The position numbers and the translations under genes are program-made. From the NCBI GenBank assembly GCA_947178175.1, contig CAMWXI010000001.1:9628-73627 (forward strand): a stretch of DNA of 64,000 nucleotides, read 5' to 3'. The notes below the pieces were generated by a model. That model was not told the DNA's origin. It made no database searches and was given only the letters and a program-made list of their open reading frames with translations. Positions 9,517 to 20,744 of this stretch are shown piece after piece. How positions within the stretch are numbered: position 1 is the first letter of the stretch; every line of letters begins with the position of its first letter. This DNA is from an uncultured Porphyromonadaceae bacterium (GTDB lineage: Bacteria; Bacteroidota; Bacteroidia; Bacteroidales; Muribaculaceae).

Positions 9517-10660
9517 CACTCCTCCCCGATTCTCCACTATCTCTCAAGGTGGTATATAGCCTATTGTATCGGAATGCCGTATTTGTAATGGATAACTCTT
9601 TACTTCTACTGAGGGAGGAGATACTATGTCTGTTGTAATATTCCCTGTCAGACATCAAACGGTGTAAGATCTCACATAGTTTTTTTTCATCCCCCGCAGG
9701 GAAGTATTCCATTGCATCCCCTCCGACGACCCTTATTCCCGATATGTCACTTCCAACCATCGGAAGTCCTCCGGCCATACACTCCGCCACACTGATGCTA
9801 TAACCCTCCCAATGAGACGACAAAACACCTATGTCTACTTTTTCTATTACCCTCTCTATATCGTTAACATGCCCGAGGAAACGACATCTGTCCTTTACCC
9901 CCAATCTATCTGCATAGGCCTTGACTTCATCAATCTTCGGACCATCCCCTGCCAACCATAATTCTGCTTCTCTGTTCCGAAGCATACTGAAGGATTTCAA
10001 AAGAGTATGATGATCCTTTGCATCTGCAAAACGGGCCGCCATCAGAATCTTCGGAGCTACCACGGAATCCTTTCTCTCCTTAGGATGAAAACGGTTTAAA
10101 TCAATTCCGTTCTCTATCACCTGAATGAAATTGCTCTTCCTTCCGGAATTTTTTCCCGAATCTCTTTCAGAATATGCCCCGGGGCCGGTAATTCCCGTAG
10201 CAAGCCATTCGGACAGAGATTCCTTTACGTTGTCGCTTACGGCAATTACTCTGCTGTAATGCCCGTAAATCCATCTTTCTATCCCTCTCCCCCACGGCAG
10301 CAGACGACGCCCGTTGCTCACACTATGTTCTGTATAAACAAGAGGAATCTCATTTCTTCCCATTGAAATTGCAACCTGATATAGTGCCGGGAATAGATGG
10401 ACATGCACCACATCAATATCGCTATGACTTTTCATGAAACTCCGGAAGGCTTTCCATACCGCCGGAGACCTTTCTGGCAGATTTAGGCTGTGAATTCTTA
10501 TCCCATCATTGATCAACCGCTGTTCCAGGGAATTATGCAGTTCCCTGAAAACAAGCAATTCTGCATCTATGCCTTCACACTTAAGAGCAGGCAAAAGGTC
10601 GCACAGCATTTGCTGTGCGCCGCCATGATGCATCGCGGAGATGACATGCAGGACCTTCAT
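9512..10660 (-). CDS. Glycosyltransferase family 4
   Basis: KVLHVI..M..GGAQ, VYTEH, IENGID, SSHWEGYSISVAECMAGG (EX7E motif). Confidence 0.9.
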   Translation of the reverse strand: MKVLHVISAMHHGGAQQMLCDLLPALKCEGIDAELLVFRELHNSLEQRLINDGIRIHSLNLPERSPAVWKAFRSFMKSHSDIDVVHVHLFPALYQVAISMGRNEIPLVYTEHSVSNGRRLLPWGRGIERWIYGHYSRVIAVSDNVKESLSEWLATGITGPGAYSERDSGKNSGRKSNFIQVIENGIDLNRFHPKERKDSVVAPKILMAARFADAKDHHTLLKSFSMLRNREAELWLAGDGPKIDEVKAYADRLGVKDRCRFLGHVNDIERVIEKVDIGVLSSHWEGYSISVAECMAGGLPMVGSDISGIRVVGGDAMEYFPAGDEKKLCEILHRLMSDREYYNRHSISSLSRSKELSITNTAFRYNRLYTTLRDSGESGRSV

Positions 10661-10678
10661 GTTATTTTCACTCTCCGG

Positions 10679-11131
10679 CTATAACAGCTTTTTGAGTCTA
10701 TAAATATATCCGTCACCCTCAGGAGTGGTATAGCTCCACTCCATATTGTTATGGGTCTTCTCCCGGACAGTCAGCTTAACTACCTTTTCCGTACCGAATC
10801 CGAGGGCTGAAGGGAATTCCTTGACCGTGCCGGCATTATAATCGGCATTAAGAGTGAATAACGATCCGTCCTCACTCCACTTTCCTACCAAATCCGGGAG
10901 AAACACCTGTTCCTCCCTGACCGTTCCCAGGCTGAAGAAATCGCCCTGGAAATTTATCATTATGTCGGGAGTAGTCTCCACTTTATCTCCGTTGCAGGAG
11001 ATGGAAGTAATGACCCAGTTGCCGAAGAGATTCCCTATATCACCGTCATTTCTGACACATCCTCCAAGCAGCGGCAACACCATTAACAGGAGGATTAGAC
11101 TGCTGAATGAAGCTGAAATAAACTTTTTCAT
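10679..11131 (-). CDS. Lipocalin-like lipoprotein
   Basis: Lipobox LLGGC followed by NDGDIGNLFGNW, the typical N-terminus of Bacteroidetes lipocalin-like proteins. Confidence 0.7.
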   Translation of the reverse strand: MKKFISASFSSLILLLMVLPLLGGCVRNDGDIGNLFGNWVITSISCNGDKVETTPDIMINFQGDFFSLGTVREEQVFLPDLVGKWSEDGSLFTLNADYNAGTVKEFPSALGFGTEKVVKLTVREKTHNNMEWSYTTPEGDGYIYRLKKLL

Positions 11132-12657
11132 TTGCTAAAGAATGTAGTTTGATATTGAGCATTAACGAAGACACCGAAAGTATTTGCCGGAAGCTTACCA
11201 TGGTCGGCGGCAACGGCGGCACGGAACTTAAGACCCGGAACAACCCTTAGATTCCAATCCACTCCAATCATCCATGAATCGGATGTGGCCGGAGTTAACA
11301 ATTCCTGTGAGAATGGTTGTCCCCATCCCTTGCGATGTGAATATTTTACGATATATTCTATCTCGTCTGTCAAAGTACCGGTCAAGGCAAAATGTATGCC
11401 TCTGACTCTGTTATACCTTAACCACGACATACCGTTAAGGTTGAAGATGTCACCCATGACCATCGGTGTGCCTATGGTCATGCCATAGTTGGTATAGCTG
11501 CGATAGAAATAATTATTATAATAGTCATCACGCCCGGTGGTATTCCCGGGAAGAACTGAAGACGGATCATCGGAAGGTTTCCACTGAAGCGGGCCGCTCT
11601 GGTTGGTGAAATCAAGGAATTCCACAACCGCTCCATTCAGCCAATTTCTCCCTTCTCTCTTATATTCAAGTCCCCACAGACCATCCAATCCATTATGCTT
11701 TGACATGCCGCTGCCATCTTCCCAGAACAGCTGAGTGTATGCCCGCAAAGTAGAATTGTCGCGAAAGCGATACTGAAATGAGATATCAAACGAACCCTTA
11801 TGGTCACCCGTCTTATACCCTTCCTTATCCGTATTCAGAGGAAGAAGCATATCGAAGAAATCTTTGGCACCACTGTAGTTATCATTAGTGCGCCATAATT
11901 TTCCATCGGAGTAATATTGTGTTTTACCACCAAACAGACCCGTCATCTGAAAACCGAACTTTGCATGGAATCTCTGTGACGGGTTTGTGCGCAGATATAT
12001 ACGCTTATATGTCCAAAGTGTTCCGGTGTTGATATGTCCCGAAGCATATGAATAATGATTTTTCTGCCATGAGGAGTCAAAAAACTTGCCATAGCTGAGA
12101 GCCGCATCTATCTGCACCCATCCACGGGTAAAAGGTATATTCTGAAAATCCACAAACCCTATACGGACTTCAGGGATAGAACGCGCATTACCGCTCCATA
12201 CGAGGTCTCCGGAAGAGAGTGTGGCATCTACCAAAGGGGAGGGATTATTTTTCATTCCTGCAGACAGAAACAATGACCTCCATTTCACCGAAGCATACAA
12301 CTGTTGAAGCCAAACATATGCAGGATGCTGGGAATTATTATAAACCAACGCATTTTGCTCAGAATCCCAACGTCCATAGTCTGCCGAATTGCTCCAGCCC
12401 GTAAGAGCCTCCGCTCCCCAGGCGAAGTCAAATCTCTTATTAAGATTCAGAGGATCAGAGAGATTAAGGTCTATAAGAAGGTTATCACCCTGAGTTATTT
12501 TGCCGTTATTATTGGAATTTACATAGAATGGGGCAAACTTTCCGGTGCTTCCTCCAAGAATCAGGTCCGCACTCCCATCAATGGGATAATTGGCCTTCGC
12601 CCCCGGAGAAATGGTTAACATCAATCCTGTCAATAATAAAAAAAGTATTTTCTTCAT
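11128..12657 (-). CDS. Capsule assembly Wzi-family outer-membrane protein
   Basis: Signal peptide; LSSGDLVWSGNARSIPEVRIG, WEDGSG, DGLWGLE and GRDDYYNN motifs; aromatic beta-strand C-terminus; polysaccharide-locus context. Confidence 0.8.
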   Translation of the reverse strand: MKKILFLLLTGLMLTISPGAKANYPIDGSADLILGGSTGKFAPFYVNSNNNGKITQGDNLLIDLNLSDPLNLNKRFDFAWGAEALTGWSNSADYGRWDSEQNALVYNNSQHPAYVWLQQLYASVKWRSLFLSAGMKNNPSPLVDATLSSGDLVWSGNARSIPEVRIGFVDFQNIPFTRGWVQIDAALSYGKFFDSSWQKNHYSYASGHINTGTLWTYKRIYLRTNPSQRFHAKFGFQMTGLFGGKTQYYSDGKLWRTNDNYSGAKDFFDMLLPLNTDKEGYKTGDHKGSFDISFQYRFRDNSTLRAYTQLFWEDGSGMSKHNGLDGLWGLEYKREGRNWLNGAVVEFLDFTNQSGPLQWKPSDDPSSVLPGNTTGRDDYYNNYFYRSYTNYGMTIGTPMVMGDIFNLNGMSWLRYNRVRGIHFALTGTLTDEIEYIVKYSHRKGWGQPFSQELLTPATSDSWMIGVDWNLRVVPGLKFRAAVAADHGKLPANTFGVFVNAQYQTTFFSK

Positions 12658-12667
12658 ACCTCAAAAA

Positions 12668-13570
12668 TTAGAACTCCATATTGGGATAGTTTTTCAATTC
12701 TTCAATAACCTTGATAAGATAGCGACCATATCCGTTTTTAAGCATGGGGGCAGCAACTTCTCTCAGTTTTTCTTCTGATATCCACCCCTTGCGATATGCT
12801 ATTCCTTCAAGGCAACCGATTTTCAGGCCCTGTCTTTTTTCCAACACTTCAACATAAATCGAGGCTTCGGCCAGCGAATCATGAGTGCCTGTGTCAAGCC
12901 ATGCGAAACCACGCCCCAGAGTCTTAACCATAAGTCGGTTTTCTTTGAGGTAAGCCTGGTTAACACTTGTGATTTCAAGTTCACCACGTGCTGACGGCTT
13001 TATTCCGGAGGCTATATTGACCACATCGTTGGGATAGAAATATAAACCCACAACAGCATAGTTTGACTTTGGATTAGCCGGTTTCTCCTCTATTGAAATG
13101 CAATTCCCTTCCTTGTCAAATTCCGCCACACCATATCTTTCGGGATCATCTACCCAATAACCGAAAACAGTGGCTTTATTTCTGTCAGCTGCAGTTTTTA
13201 CCGCATCTGCAAGCATCTGTGAGAAGAATGAACCATGAAAAATATTGTCGCCCAATACAAGACAGACATCATCATCACCGATAAAATCTTTTCCAATAAT
13301 AAATGCCTGGGCCAATCCATCAGGAGATGGCTGCTCGGCATAAGCAAACTTCACACCATAGTCAGAACCGTCTCCCAAAAGCCGACGGAATCCGGGGAGG
13401 TCATCAGGAGTGGATATTATAAGAATCTCACGAATCCCCGCAAGCATCAGCACAGAGATGGGATAATATACCATCGGTTTGTCATATATAGGAAGCAACT
13501 GCTTACTTACCCCTTTGGTGATAGGATACAGGCGTGTTCCGCTTCCTCCTGCTAAAACGATTCCTTTCAT
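12668..13570 (-). CDS. rfbA: Glucose-1-phosphate thymidylyltransferase
   Basis: [48 protein letters not shown]. Confidence 0.97.
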   Translation of the reverse strand: MKGIVLAGGSGTRLYPITKGVSKQLLPIYDKPMVYYPISVLMLAGIREILIISTPDDLPGFRRLLGDGSDYGVKFAYAEQPSPDGLAQAFIIGKDFIGDDDVCLVLGDNIFHGSFFSQMLADAVKTAADRNKATVFGYWVDDPERYGVAEFDKEGNCISIEEKPANPKSNYAVVGLYFYPNDVVNIASGIKPSARGELEITSVNQAYLKENRLMVKTLGRGFAWLDTGTHDSLAEASIYVEVLEKRQGLKIGCLEGIAYRKGWISEEKLREVAAPMLKNGYGRYLIKVIEELKNYPNMEF

Positions 13571-13572
13571 AT

Positions 13573-14751
13573 TTATTCTTTTGTAGTTGTTTCATAATAG
13601 TTAAGGCGCAATTCCTCAAAGAGTGAGAGATGCGTCTCAACCACTCCCCACACATCATATCTCTCCTCTGCCAAACGTCGGGAAGCCTTACCCATTTTCT
13701 TTCGCAATTCATTGTCCAGAAGCAATCTCTCGACTCTTTGTGCAATCTCACGCGGATTATGTACACCTACTTTAAATCCGTTGACACCTTCTTCCACAGT
13801 TTCTGCGCAACCGACGGAATTGGTGGTAATAATCGGCCTTCCTACTGCAGATGCTTCTATGAGGGATTTAGGCACTCCTTCGCGATAATAACTGGGGAAA
13901 ACCATTATCGCACTTTCCTGAAGCAAACGGATAATATCATTTCTATGGCCAAGCCATTTGATATATTTCCCGTCGCAATGTGTTAGCATGTACTCTCTAT
14001 TGAGAGATTCGGGATTATTCGTGAAGTCTCCGCATATCAGCACTTCCAGTTTTTCTTCCCATCGCGGACGCAGGATTTCCGCAGCCTCTATCAGATCGGT
14101 AATCCCTTTCTTGCGCAACATTCTGCCCGTAAATATAACCTTTATCTTTTGTCTGTCTTGCGGTTCGGGTGTATATTCCACCTCCTGAAGGTCAATGCCT
14201 GAGCCATGTGTGAAAGAGGCGGCGGCCGGAAAAAGCACCTTTGCCTCCAGCAACTCGCAGAAATCTGATTGATTCTGGAAGATTACCCTGACTCCTTCCC
14301 TCCTCATTCCAATCCTCATGAGAAAATTTATCACACTCACAGGAGGATAACGACGATCGGAATCATAGAGAGAGCCAAGACCGCTGACGCCTGCCACTAC
14401 TCCTTTGACGCCCGCCATTCTTGCGGCAATCCCACCCCAGATGATGTTCTTGACCCCGACGTGAAATACTATTGAATCCCGATGAGATTTATAATATTCA
14501 TAAAGAAACCTCAGAAGCTTCAATTCCTCTCTCATATTCAGCCCTGTGGGATTGATAGGGAGTTCCACAAACTCTATCCCAAGATCTTCTATCGCACCCC
14601 GGAGTCCTGTGTTCCCGGCTAAAAGAGTGACTTTCCAACCCCTGCGCAAGGCTTCCTCTCCTATCTGACGTCGATGGGAGAGAAAGAAACGGTCTTCATT
14701 GATGACCATTATCAGATTCTTACTCGTGGGTTTAATGCAAGGCTCCTTCAT
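13573..14751 (-). CDS. Glycosyltransferase family 4 (CapM/PglA-like)
   Basis: [44 protein letters not shown]. Confidence 0.9.
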   Translation of the reverse strand: MKEPCIKPTSKNLIMVINEDRFFLSHRRQIGEEALRRGWKVTLLAGNTGLRGAIEDLGIEFVELPINPTGLNMREELKLLRFLYEYYKSHRDSIVFHVGVKNIIWGGIAARMAGVKGVVAGVSGLGSLYDSDRRYPPVSVINFLMRIGMRREGVRVIFQNQSDFCELLEAKVLFPAAASFTHGSGIDLQEVEYTPEPQDRQKIKVIFTGRMLRKKGITDLIEAAEILRPRWEEKLEVLICGDFTNNPESLNREYMLTHCDGKYIKWLGHRNDIIRLLQESAIMVFPSYYREGVPKSLIEASAVGRPIITTNSVGCAETVEEGVNGFKVGVHNPREIAQRVERLLLDNELRKKMGKASRRLAEERYDVWGVVETHLSLFEELRLNYYETTTKE

Positions 14752-16040
14752 TTTTCGGTTTTATCTTCAATTTCAGTCAGAGGAACATTTGTCGGCATAA
14801 AATACACCTGAAGAGTTGTTCTGTCAGCATCATCTTTAGGATTAAGATAACTCTGATAGGGATAATAAAGCCGATAAAACGGGATATCGTGTTCCGGGCC
14901 CGACGGTTGCAAATAAGTCCTTACCCTCAACCCGAAAAAAGGTAGTATCAAAAACGCACTTACTATGAGATTCTGCAATCTGCGGTGCCTGAAAAAGCTA
15001 CCACCAAATCTTTCCGGAAGATTTGAGAGGGAGACGGACCCTAATATTGCAATTGTAAAGATAACACAATAATCGATAAATCTCACAAAAGAGGGGACAA
15101 ATAATCCCAATATACCTATATATATCCCCAGGACACTCATTATTCTCACATCTGCCAATCTATCACCCTCCTTACTGTCGTATGCTCGGCTTCCGTGACC
15201 ATGAAAGGATTCATTTCTCATTTTTAACGATAACAGAACAGCAGCTAACGGATAAAGGAGATATTGAAGAATATATCCGGTGATGCCGTTGAAATTAAGA
15301 GTACAACCGGATTCTATCACAGCCGTATATCCTGCATAAAGTTTCAGGATTGTCTGAGTCCGGGGTAGAAACTGAATAAGCGGTGTCCATAAGAATTTAA
15401 AGGAGTAGCCGAATAACCCTGACAAGACCATCATTATCAGCATCCTCCTGCCGGGAAGAAACCATTTTCTTACACCCGGGAGAATCAGCAAAGGAATAAT
15501 CCATGTAATTATAGCGGAAAAGTGGAAGGATGCAGCGAGAACAACAAGAATATAGTATTTAAGGTATTTCCTCTCTTCCATAAATCTCCAGGCGAAAAGG
15601 AAGATGGAGATTGCCATACTTGTCTTCACGACCTCCATGTTAAGATGAATGTATGAGAAGACGTAATATATCAGTAAGGCGGTGAAAAAATGGCGGGAAT
15701 ACCTCTTAAGAAACAGCATGACGGCCGTGGTGATAAAAGCAGAGGTCAGCAACTGCAATACAACATAGCCGTGGAAGCAGTGGGAAAGAATATATGTATA
15801 TATCACATATCCTATATCCTCCCTTAGGTTTCCTAATTCATTGACAGGATATTCCGAAACGTTATAGAATAACCATACCCGCTGGTTGACATCCACTCCC
15901 AGATGATAGGCGAGCCCGGAGGTTAACGTCAGCATTATCCATGCCAATGCCAGAACATAACCTCTCCCCTTTCTGACTTTCTGGAAGTCAAAAAGAAGAA
16001 TCGATACTATCAATATGAGAATGGTAAGAAGATACGGCAT
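14748..16040 (-). CDS. EpsG-family polysaccharide polymerase (Wzy-like) #1
   Basis: About 10 TM segments; LGVD loop, MAISIFL, LAASFHFSA and C-terminal YYPYQS, typical of EpsG. Confidence 0.8.
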   Translation of the reverse strand: MPYLLTILILIVSILLFDFQKVRKGRGYVLALAWIMLTLTSGLAYHLGVDVNQRVWLFYNVSEYPVNELGNLREDIGYVIYTYILSHCFHGYVVLQLLTSAFITTAVMLFLKRYSRHFFTALLIYYVFSYIHLNMEVVKTSMAISIFLFAWRFMEERKYLKYYILVVLAASFHFSAIITWIIPLLILPGVRKWFLPGRRMLIMMVLSGLFGYSFKFLWTPLIQFLPRTQTILKLYAGYTAVIESGCTLNFNGITGYILQYLLYPLAAVLLSLKMRNESFHGHGSRAYDSKEGDRLADVRIMSVLGIYIGILGLFVPSFVRFIDYCVIFTIAILGSVSLSNLPERFGGSFFRHRRLQNLIVSAFLILPFFGLRVRTYLQPSGPEHDIPFYRLYYPYQSYLNPKDDADRTTLQVYFMPTNVPLTEIEDKTEK

Positions 16041-16111
16041 TTTATATTCTACTGACAGGCAATTAATTGCTCCAGGGATTCTCCAACTGCCAATCAGACA
16101 ACTTCCTATCC

Positions 16112-17050
16112 TTATTTTAAAATCCCAAGTCTACGCAATGTCTTCCCGATTGACACTCTCAAACTCTGTTTCCTGAGATGGAGATGCTTCCAGACAACTT
16201 TATTACCGGGGATAATATCCTTTGAAATGTATTTATTATAAATCCTAACAATACCCTGCTCCTTCTCTGCCGGGACATGGAGAATCACGATATTCCCTTT
16301 ATCATAGTCATTGCAAACAACTCTATATGAGCCGGTCCAGTATCGGCGGATATATGACCCGCCATTCTTGATATACTCGCGGAGATTATCGGCTGCTATT
16401 GAGGTGATGAATTCATCTCCACTGCGTGTCATATATTCCTCGGCAAGCATCTTATCATAAACCTTTTCCGCTTCATCAAGAAATTTTGACGCAAGGGATT
16501 TGGAGGCAGCGAAGAATTCCCCTCCATAGTGAGTTAAAAATCGTTCGTTTTTCAGAAACTCCTTCATCTCCTTGACCATATAGCCGTCAATCGTAGCGTT
16601 CAAGTCATATAGCAAGATATTGTTCTGAGCATCTGTCCAAATCCTGTCGAAGTTTTGCTGCACATAGACGTCAGCATCAAGAAAGCAAAACGCCATATAG
16701 TCAAACTTTTCAATACAATGGGCCAACGCACACAACTTGTAGAATGCCAGTTGCCAACGGACAGGGGTGCCATCCTTGGCCGAACTTCCGAAATTAAACC
16801 GGTCAAACTCGCATTTCTCTACTGCAACACCCTTATCAGTGAGCAACTCCCCGTAAGGTGACGGGATATCAATATTGCTGACCACCATTACTTCCGTATT
16901 CACACCGGCATTATGCTTCGCGCTCAGAGCAGCAGTACAGATATTCTTAAGATAGGTCTCCTTCTGCCTGTCCACATTCTGAATACTCGCTCCTGTGACA
17001 CCCCCATAGGCATACGGCAGAATTATCAACCCTTTATTTTCGTCTCTCAT
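16112..17050 (-). CDS. Putative GT-A fold glycosyltransferase (GT8-like, unclassified)
   Basis: Soluble 312 aa with FYKL...FLDADVY (DxD), GGEF, GDE and ILH, resembling the GT8 motif order; lies inside the polysaccharide operon. Confidence 0.55.
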   Translation of the reverse strand: MRDENKGLIILPYAYGGVTGASIQNVDRQKETYLKNICTAALSAKHNAGVNTEVMVVSNIDIPSPYGELLTDKGVAVEKCEFDRFNFGSSAKDGTPVRWQLAFYKLCALAHCIEKFDYMAFCFLDADVYVQQNFDRIWTDAQNNILLYDLNATIDGYMVKEMKEFLKNERFLTHYGGEFFAASKSLASKFLDEAEKVYDKMLAEEYMTRSGDEFITSIAADNLREYIKNGGSYIRRYWTGSYRVVCNDYDKGNIVILHVPAEKEQGIVRIYNKYISKDIIPGNKVVWKHLHLRKQSLRVSIGKTLRRLGILK

Positions 17051-17069
17051 ATTTTCTATTTCCTAATTA

Positions 17070-18338
17070 TCATTTATCGCGTTTCACGGATTTCAGGAAA
17101 TCCAGAATCCGCTTCCCTCCCAATCTCAGAACAAGATATGTCACCCTGTCCTTCCATCCCTGGAGCTTCAAACAATCAAGTTCATAATATTTCTGTGACT
17201 TATCATGCCTATGTATCGCTGATGAAATTATCGAGAGATGATGCTGATATAATTCATTATCATTCTTACTGGGAGCCGCTATACTTTTACGTTTCTCCTC
17301 AAAAGTCTTCCTTGGTCGCCGATAAATTGTTTCCAGCAGTTCGGTAAGCTCAACCGGAGGCTCTGCAGGGTCACGAAAGATTCTATTCTGCGTTGTCTCC
17401 CGGAATATCCCGATTCCCTTGCAATCATTGGCATCTATCGAAATTGTTGTTACCCCATTGTCAGCCGTAACTCTGGCACTTCCGGCCGATTCAAGAGCAA
17501 CATCACTATATTCAAACACAACTGCGGGAATAGGATAGAGAAATCCTGAAGTATAGAGTGACAGATTACTGACTTTTGATACAATATGTTTTCTTATCCT
17601 GTGAATCGAATCGGGAGCTGCACCGTCACCAATAAGAATCATGTTAAACTTCTTGTCGGAATGAGCTTGGCAAAATTCTGTGACACTCTTCAGAACAGCG
17701 GGAATATATTGCTTCTCCAACCGGCTTACCACCAATATCGTAAACCTGTCTCTATCAAAGCCATCAAGCCATTCGCCGGGTATAGATGCATCCGGAGGAT
17801 TCACTCCGCATCCCAAAGCGGTAAGCTGAGTATCAGACCCGTCAGTCTCCGGCAGAAGAGGAGGAATACTCTCTACGGTTATAGCGTAGAGCAATCTGTC
17901 GTGCATCTTGAATCTCAGGAAGTCTCTCTGTTGCGGAGTGGATTCTTTCCATAGTTCCGTCAGGAGATAGAAGAGATGTACTCCCCTGCATACCCGGGCA
18001 ACATACTCTCCCCAAAGAGCTGTCTGATAATTAAACGATTCAATTACTATACTTTCATACGTTTCCAACTCCCCGACGGAATCAGTATCATATCCCAAAA
18101 TAAAACTTGCAGTTCTCCTTCTTAGTCGGAGAGGTGTTGCAGGAAAAGAATAGCTTAATTCCGGCAAAAGTCCATCTTTAAATTTTTTGAGCGCCGGAAT
18201 TACGATTTCTCCCTTCCGGTAATAAATAATCCGGACTTTCCATCCGTCTTCCTCAAGCCTTGTGGCCTTATCAGCGAGATACAGCTGACCGCCCCCCACA
18301 CCTGAAAGTGTATTTGTCAGAAATATATATAGCTTCAT
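17070..18338 (-). CDS. Divergent GT-B fold glycosyltransferase-like protein
   Basis: The ATG at 18338 overlaps the wzx stop (ATGA). YIFLTNTLSGVGGGQLY and ILVVSRLEK resemble GT-B N- and C-lobe motifs; there is no clear EX7E motif. Confidence 0.55.
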   Translation of the reverse strand: MKLYIFLTNTLSGVGGGQLYLADKATRLEEDGWKVRIIYYRKGEIVIPALKKFKDGLLPELSYSFPATPLRLRRRTASFILGYDTDSVGELETYESIVIESFNYQTALWGEYVARVCRGVHLFYLLTELWKESTPQQRDFLRFKMHDRLLYAITVESIPPLLPETDGSDTQLTALGCGVNPPDASIPGEWLDGFDRDRFTILVVSRLEKQYIPAVLKSVTEFCQAHSDKKFNMILIGDGAAPDSIHRIRKHIVSKVSNLSLYTSGFLYPIPAVVFEYSDVALESAGSARVTADNGVTTISIDANDCKGIGIFRETTQNRIFRDPAEPPVELTELLETIYRRPRKTFEEKRKSIAAPSKNDNELYQHHLSIISSAIHRHDKSQKYYELDCLKLQGWKDRVTYLVLRLGGKRILDFLKSVKRDK

Positions 18339-19783
18339 TCCGGAATTCGACGGATATGTTGTATAAGGGATATGAATTCTCCCCATATAACGGGTTGAAC
18401 CATGCGTAACATAATGAGATATAGAGCGGCGCTTAATGGAACTGCAATCAGAAGAGTTATCCAATTCGGCAAGCTTAATCCGACTATCATGAAGCACAAC
18501 CCACTGATTATGATTGTCATGACAATTACAGGAAGAAACAGTTTCAGCTGGCGGAGCAATCCCAGACCAATAAGCCTGCGCGTATAGAATGTATTATATA
18601 CCAATGCAAGCAAAGAACTTAATAAAATCCCGGCGGCAACATAAATAATTCCAAAACTGAACAGCAAGGCGATTAACGTAATTCCCGTGATTTTCTTCAG
18701 GATTTCCACCTTAAGAAACAGATTGCTTCGCCCGGCCACCAGAAGGAGATTCAGATTAATGGCATGAACGGGATACCACATCATGGCCGGTGCTAAAATC
18801 ATGAGTAAGATAGCTGTGAAACTCCACTCCGGTCCCAACAGAAGATTGACGATAGGTGAAGCCAAAGCTCCGATTATACCCATCACCGGAAAAAGGAGAG
18901 CCACTGACAAAAGGAGATATTTCTTATATGCCGTTGCAAGGCGATTACTATCTTCGGAAATTTTGCACAAGGCAGGATAAGATACCTTCTGGACAACGTT
19001 AGTTATATTAGAAGAAGGGAGAGACGCGAATTGTCTGGCACGATTAAAAAATGCTAAATCACTTGCATTAAAAGCCTTACCAATTATAAGGCCTATGCCG
19101 TTTGTATAGAATGAATCCAGCAATCCGGCTATTGCAAGCGGTGAAGAGAACGCTGCCATCTCTTTCAGCGATGAGAGTGAAAAAAGGAATGACGGACGCC
19201 AATCGTTGAATACCCATAACAGCACAGAATTAAAAAATGAGCGAAGAAGATAGAGAGCTACAAGGGAAGCGACACCATACCCTGAAAAAACCATAGTCAA
19301 TCCCACAATACCACTGATGAGGGTACTGAGAAGAGAGGCTTTTGTCTGGGTGCGAAAGTCAAGACGCGATGTCAGGACACTGCGTTGCACCACACTGAAA
19401 GCATTGAAAACGACAGCCGGACCAAGCCAGGGAATGATTTGACTGAGAGCAGGAAGACCGAAAAAAGCAGAAATCCCTGATTTACATAAGAGGAGAAGCA
19501 GATAAATTACTCCTCCCGAAAGGACGTTAAACAGGAAAACAGAATTGCAATCCTGTGGCGAGTACGACTGTTTTCTGATAAGAGCCTGAGAGAATCCAAA
19601 ATCCGTAAGTCCCTGAGCAATATCAATGAAAATCATTACAATTGCCACGAGACCAAACAGGTCCGGTCCGAGTTGCCGGGCCATAATAAGCAATATAACA
19701 AACATGCAACTTTGTGTAGCACCCCGGTCAAGAAGGCTCCACAAAGTTGCACGAAATGTCCGATATTTCAGACTCTTACTCAC
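18335..19783 (-). CDS. wzx: Wzx flippase (WzxC-like) #1
   Basis: Multi-TM; ARQLGPDLFGLVA, DFGFSQALIRK, WRP..FS, IIGKAF..DLAFFNRA. Confidence 0.92.
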   Translation of the reverse strand: MSKSLKYRTFRATLWSLLDRGATQSCMFVILLIMARQLGPDLFGLVAIVMIFIDIAQGLTDFGFSQALIRKQSYSPQDCNSVFLFNVLSGGVIYLLLLLCKSGISAFFGLPALSQIIPWLGPAVVFNAFSVVQRSVLTSRLDFRTQTKASLLSTLISGIVGLTMVFSGYGVASLVALYLLRSFFNSVLLWVFNDWRPSFLFSLSSLKEMAAFSSPLAIAGLLDSFYTNGIGLIIGKAFNASDLAFFNRARQFASLPSSNITNVVQKVSYPALCKISEDSNRLATAYKKYLLLSVALLFPVMGIIGALASPIVNLLLGPEWSFTAILLMILAPAMMWYPVHAINLNLLLVAGRSNLFLKVEILKKITGITLIALLFSFGIIYVAAGILLSSLLALVYNTFYTRRLIGLGLLRQLKLFLPVIVMTIIISGLCFMIVGLSLPNWITLLIAVPLSAALYLIMLRMVQPVIWGEFISLIQHIRRIPE

Positions 19784-19802
19784 TATGTCAAATCATAATC
19801 TA

Positions 19803-20744
19803 CTATCTTTCCGCACGCATCGGGGAAGAGAGGAAATCAGCGTAGGATAGACGTATACCCTCTTCAAGTTCTGTAGAGTAAGTCCAGCCTAAGGCGGTAG
19901 CCTTGCTGACATCAAGCAGTTTGCGAGGTGTGCCGTTAGGACGCGTTGTGTCCCATTCAATTTTCCCTTCATATCCTACAACCTTCGCTACTGTCTCAGT
20001 CAATTCCTTAATTGATAATTCTTTGCCGGTTCCGGCGTTTACCGTCTCATTTCCGGAATAGTTATTCATAAGGAAGACACAAAGGTTTGCGAGATCGTCA
20101 ACATATAGGAATTCACGGAGCGGACTGCCATCGCCCCAACAAGTGACTGATTCAGCGCCACTCTCCTTTGCTTCATGGAAACGGCGTATAAGCGCAGGCA
20201 GCACATGACTGTGAGTAGGATGATAATTATCATTAGGGCCATACAGATTTGTCGGCATCACTGAAATAAAATCCGTACCATACTGACGATTCAGGTATTC
20301 GCAATATTTAAGACCTGAAATCTTTGCAAGCGCGTATGCCTCATTCGTCTGCTCAAGACTTGAGGTCAGCAAGCAACTCTCCGGCATCGGTTGAGGAGCA
20401 AGTCGCGGATAGATACATGAGGAGCCGAGAAACTGGAGTTTCCTGACGCCGTTTTTCCAGGCGGCATTTATCACATTCATCTCCAGAGTCATATTTATCC
20501 ACATAAAATCGGCAGGTGCCTCTGAGTTCGCCACGATGCCCCCTACCTTGGCCGCTGCAAGAAACACATAATCCGGCTTCTCCTGCTCAAAAAATTCATT
20601 TACGGCCTTCTGGTCGGTAAGATCCAATTCGGCATGAGTCCGGGTCAGAATATTTGTATATCCCTGACGTTGAAGTTCGCGCACGATGGCAGAACCCACC
20701 ATTCCGCGATGGCCTGCCACATATATTTTAGCTTCCTTTTCCAT
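19803..20744 (-). CDS. fcl: GDP-L-fucose synthase
   Basis: [43 protein letters not shown]; adjacent to gmd. Confidence 0.97.
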   Translation of the reverse strand: MEKEAKIYVAGHRGMVGSAIVRELQRQGYTNILTRTHAELDLTDQKAVNEFFEQEKPDYVFLAAAKVGGIVANSEAPADFMWINMTLEMNVINAAWKNGVRKLQFLGSSCIYPRLAPQPMPESCLLTSSLEQTNEAYALAKISGLKYCEYLNRQYGTDFISVMPTNLYGPNDNYHPTHSHVLPALIRRFHEAKESGAESVTCWGDGSPLREFLYVDDLANLCVFLMNNYSGNETVNAGTGKELSIKELTETVAKVVGYEGKIEWDTTRPNGTPRKLLDVSKATALGWTYSTELEEGIRLSYADFLSSPMRAER

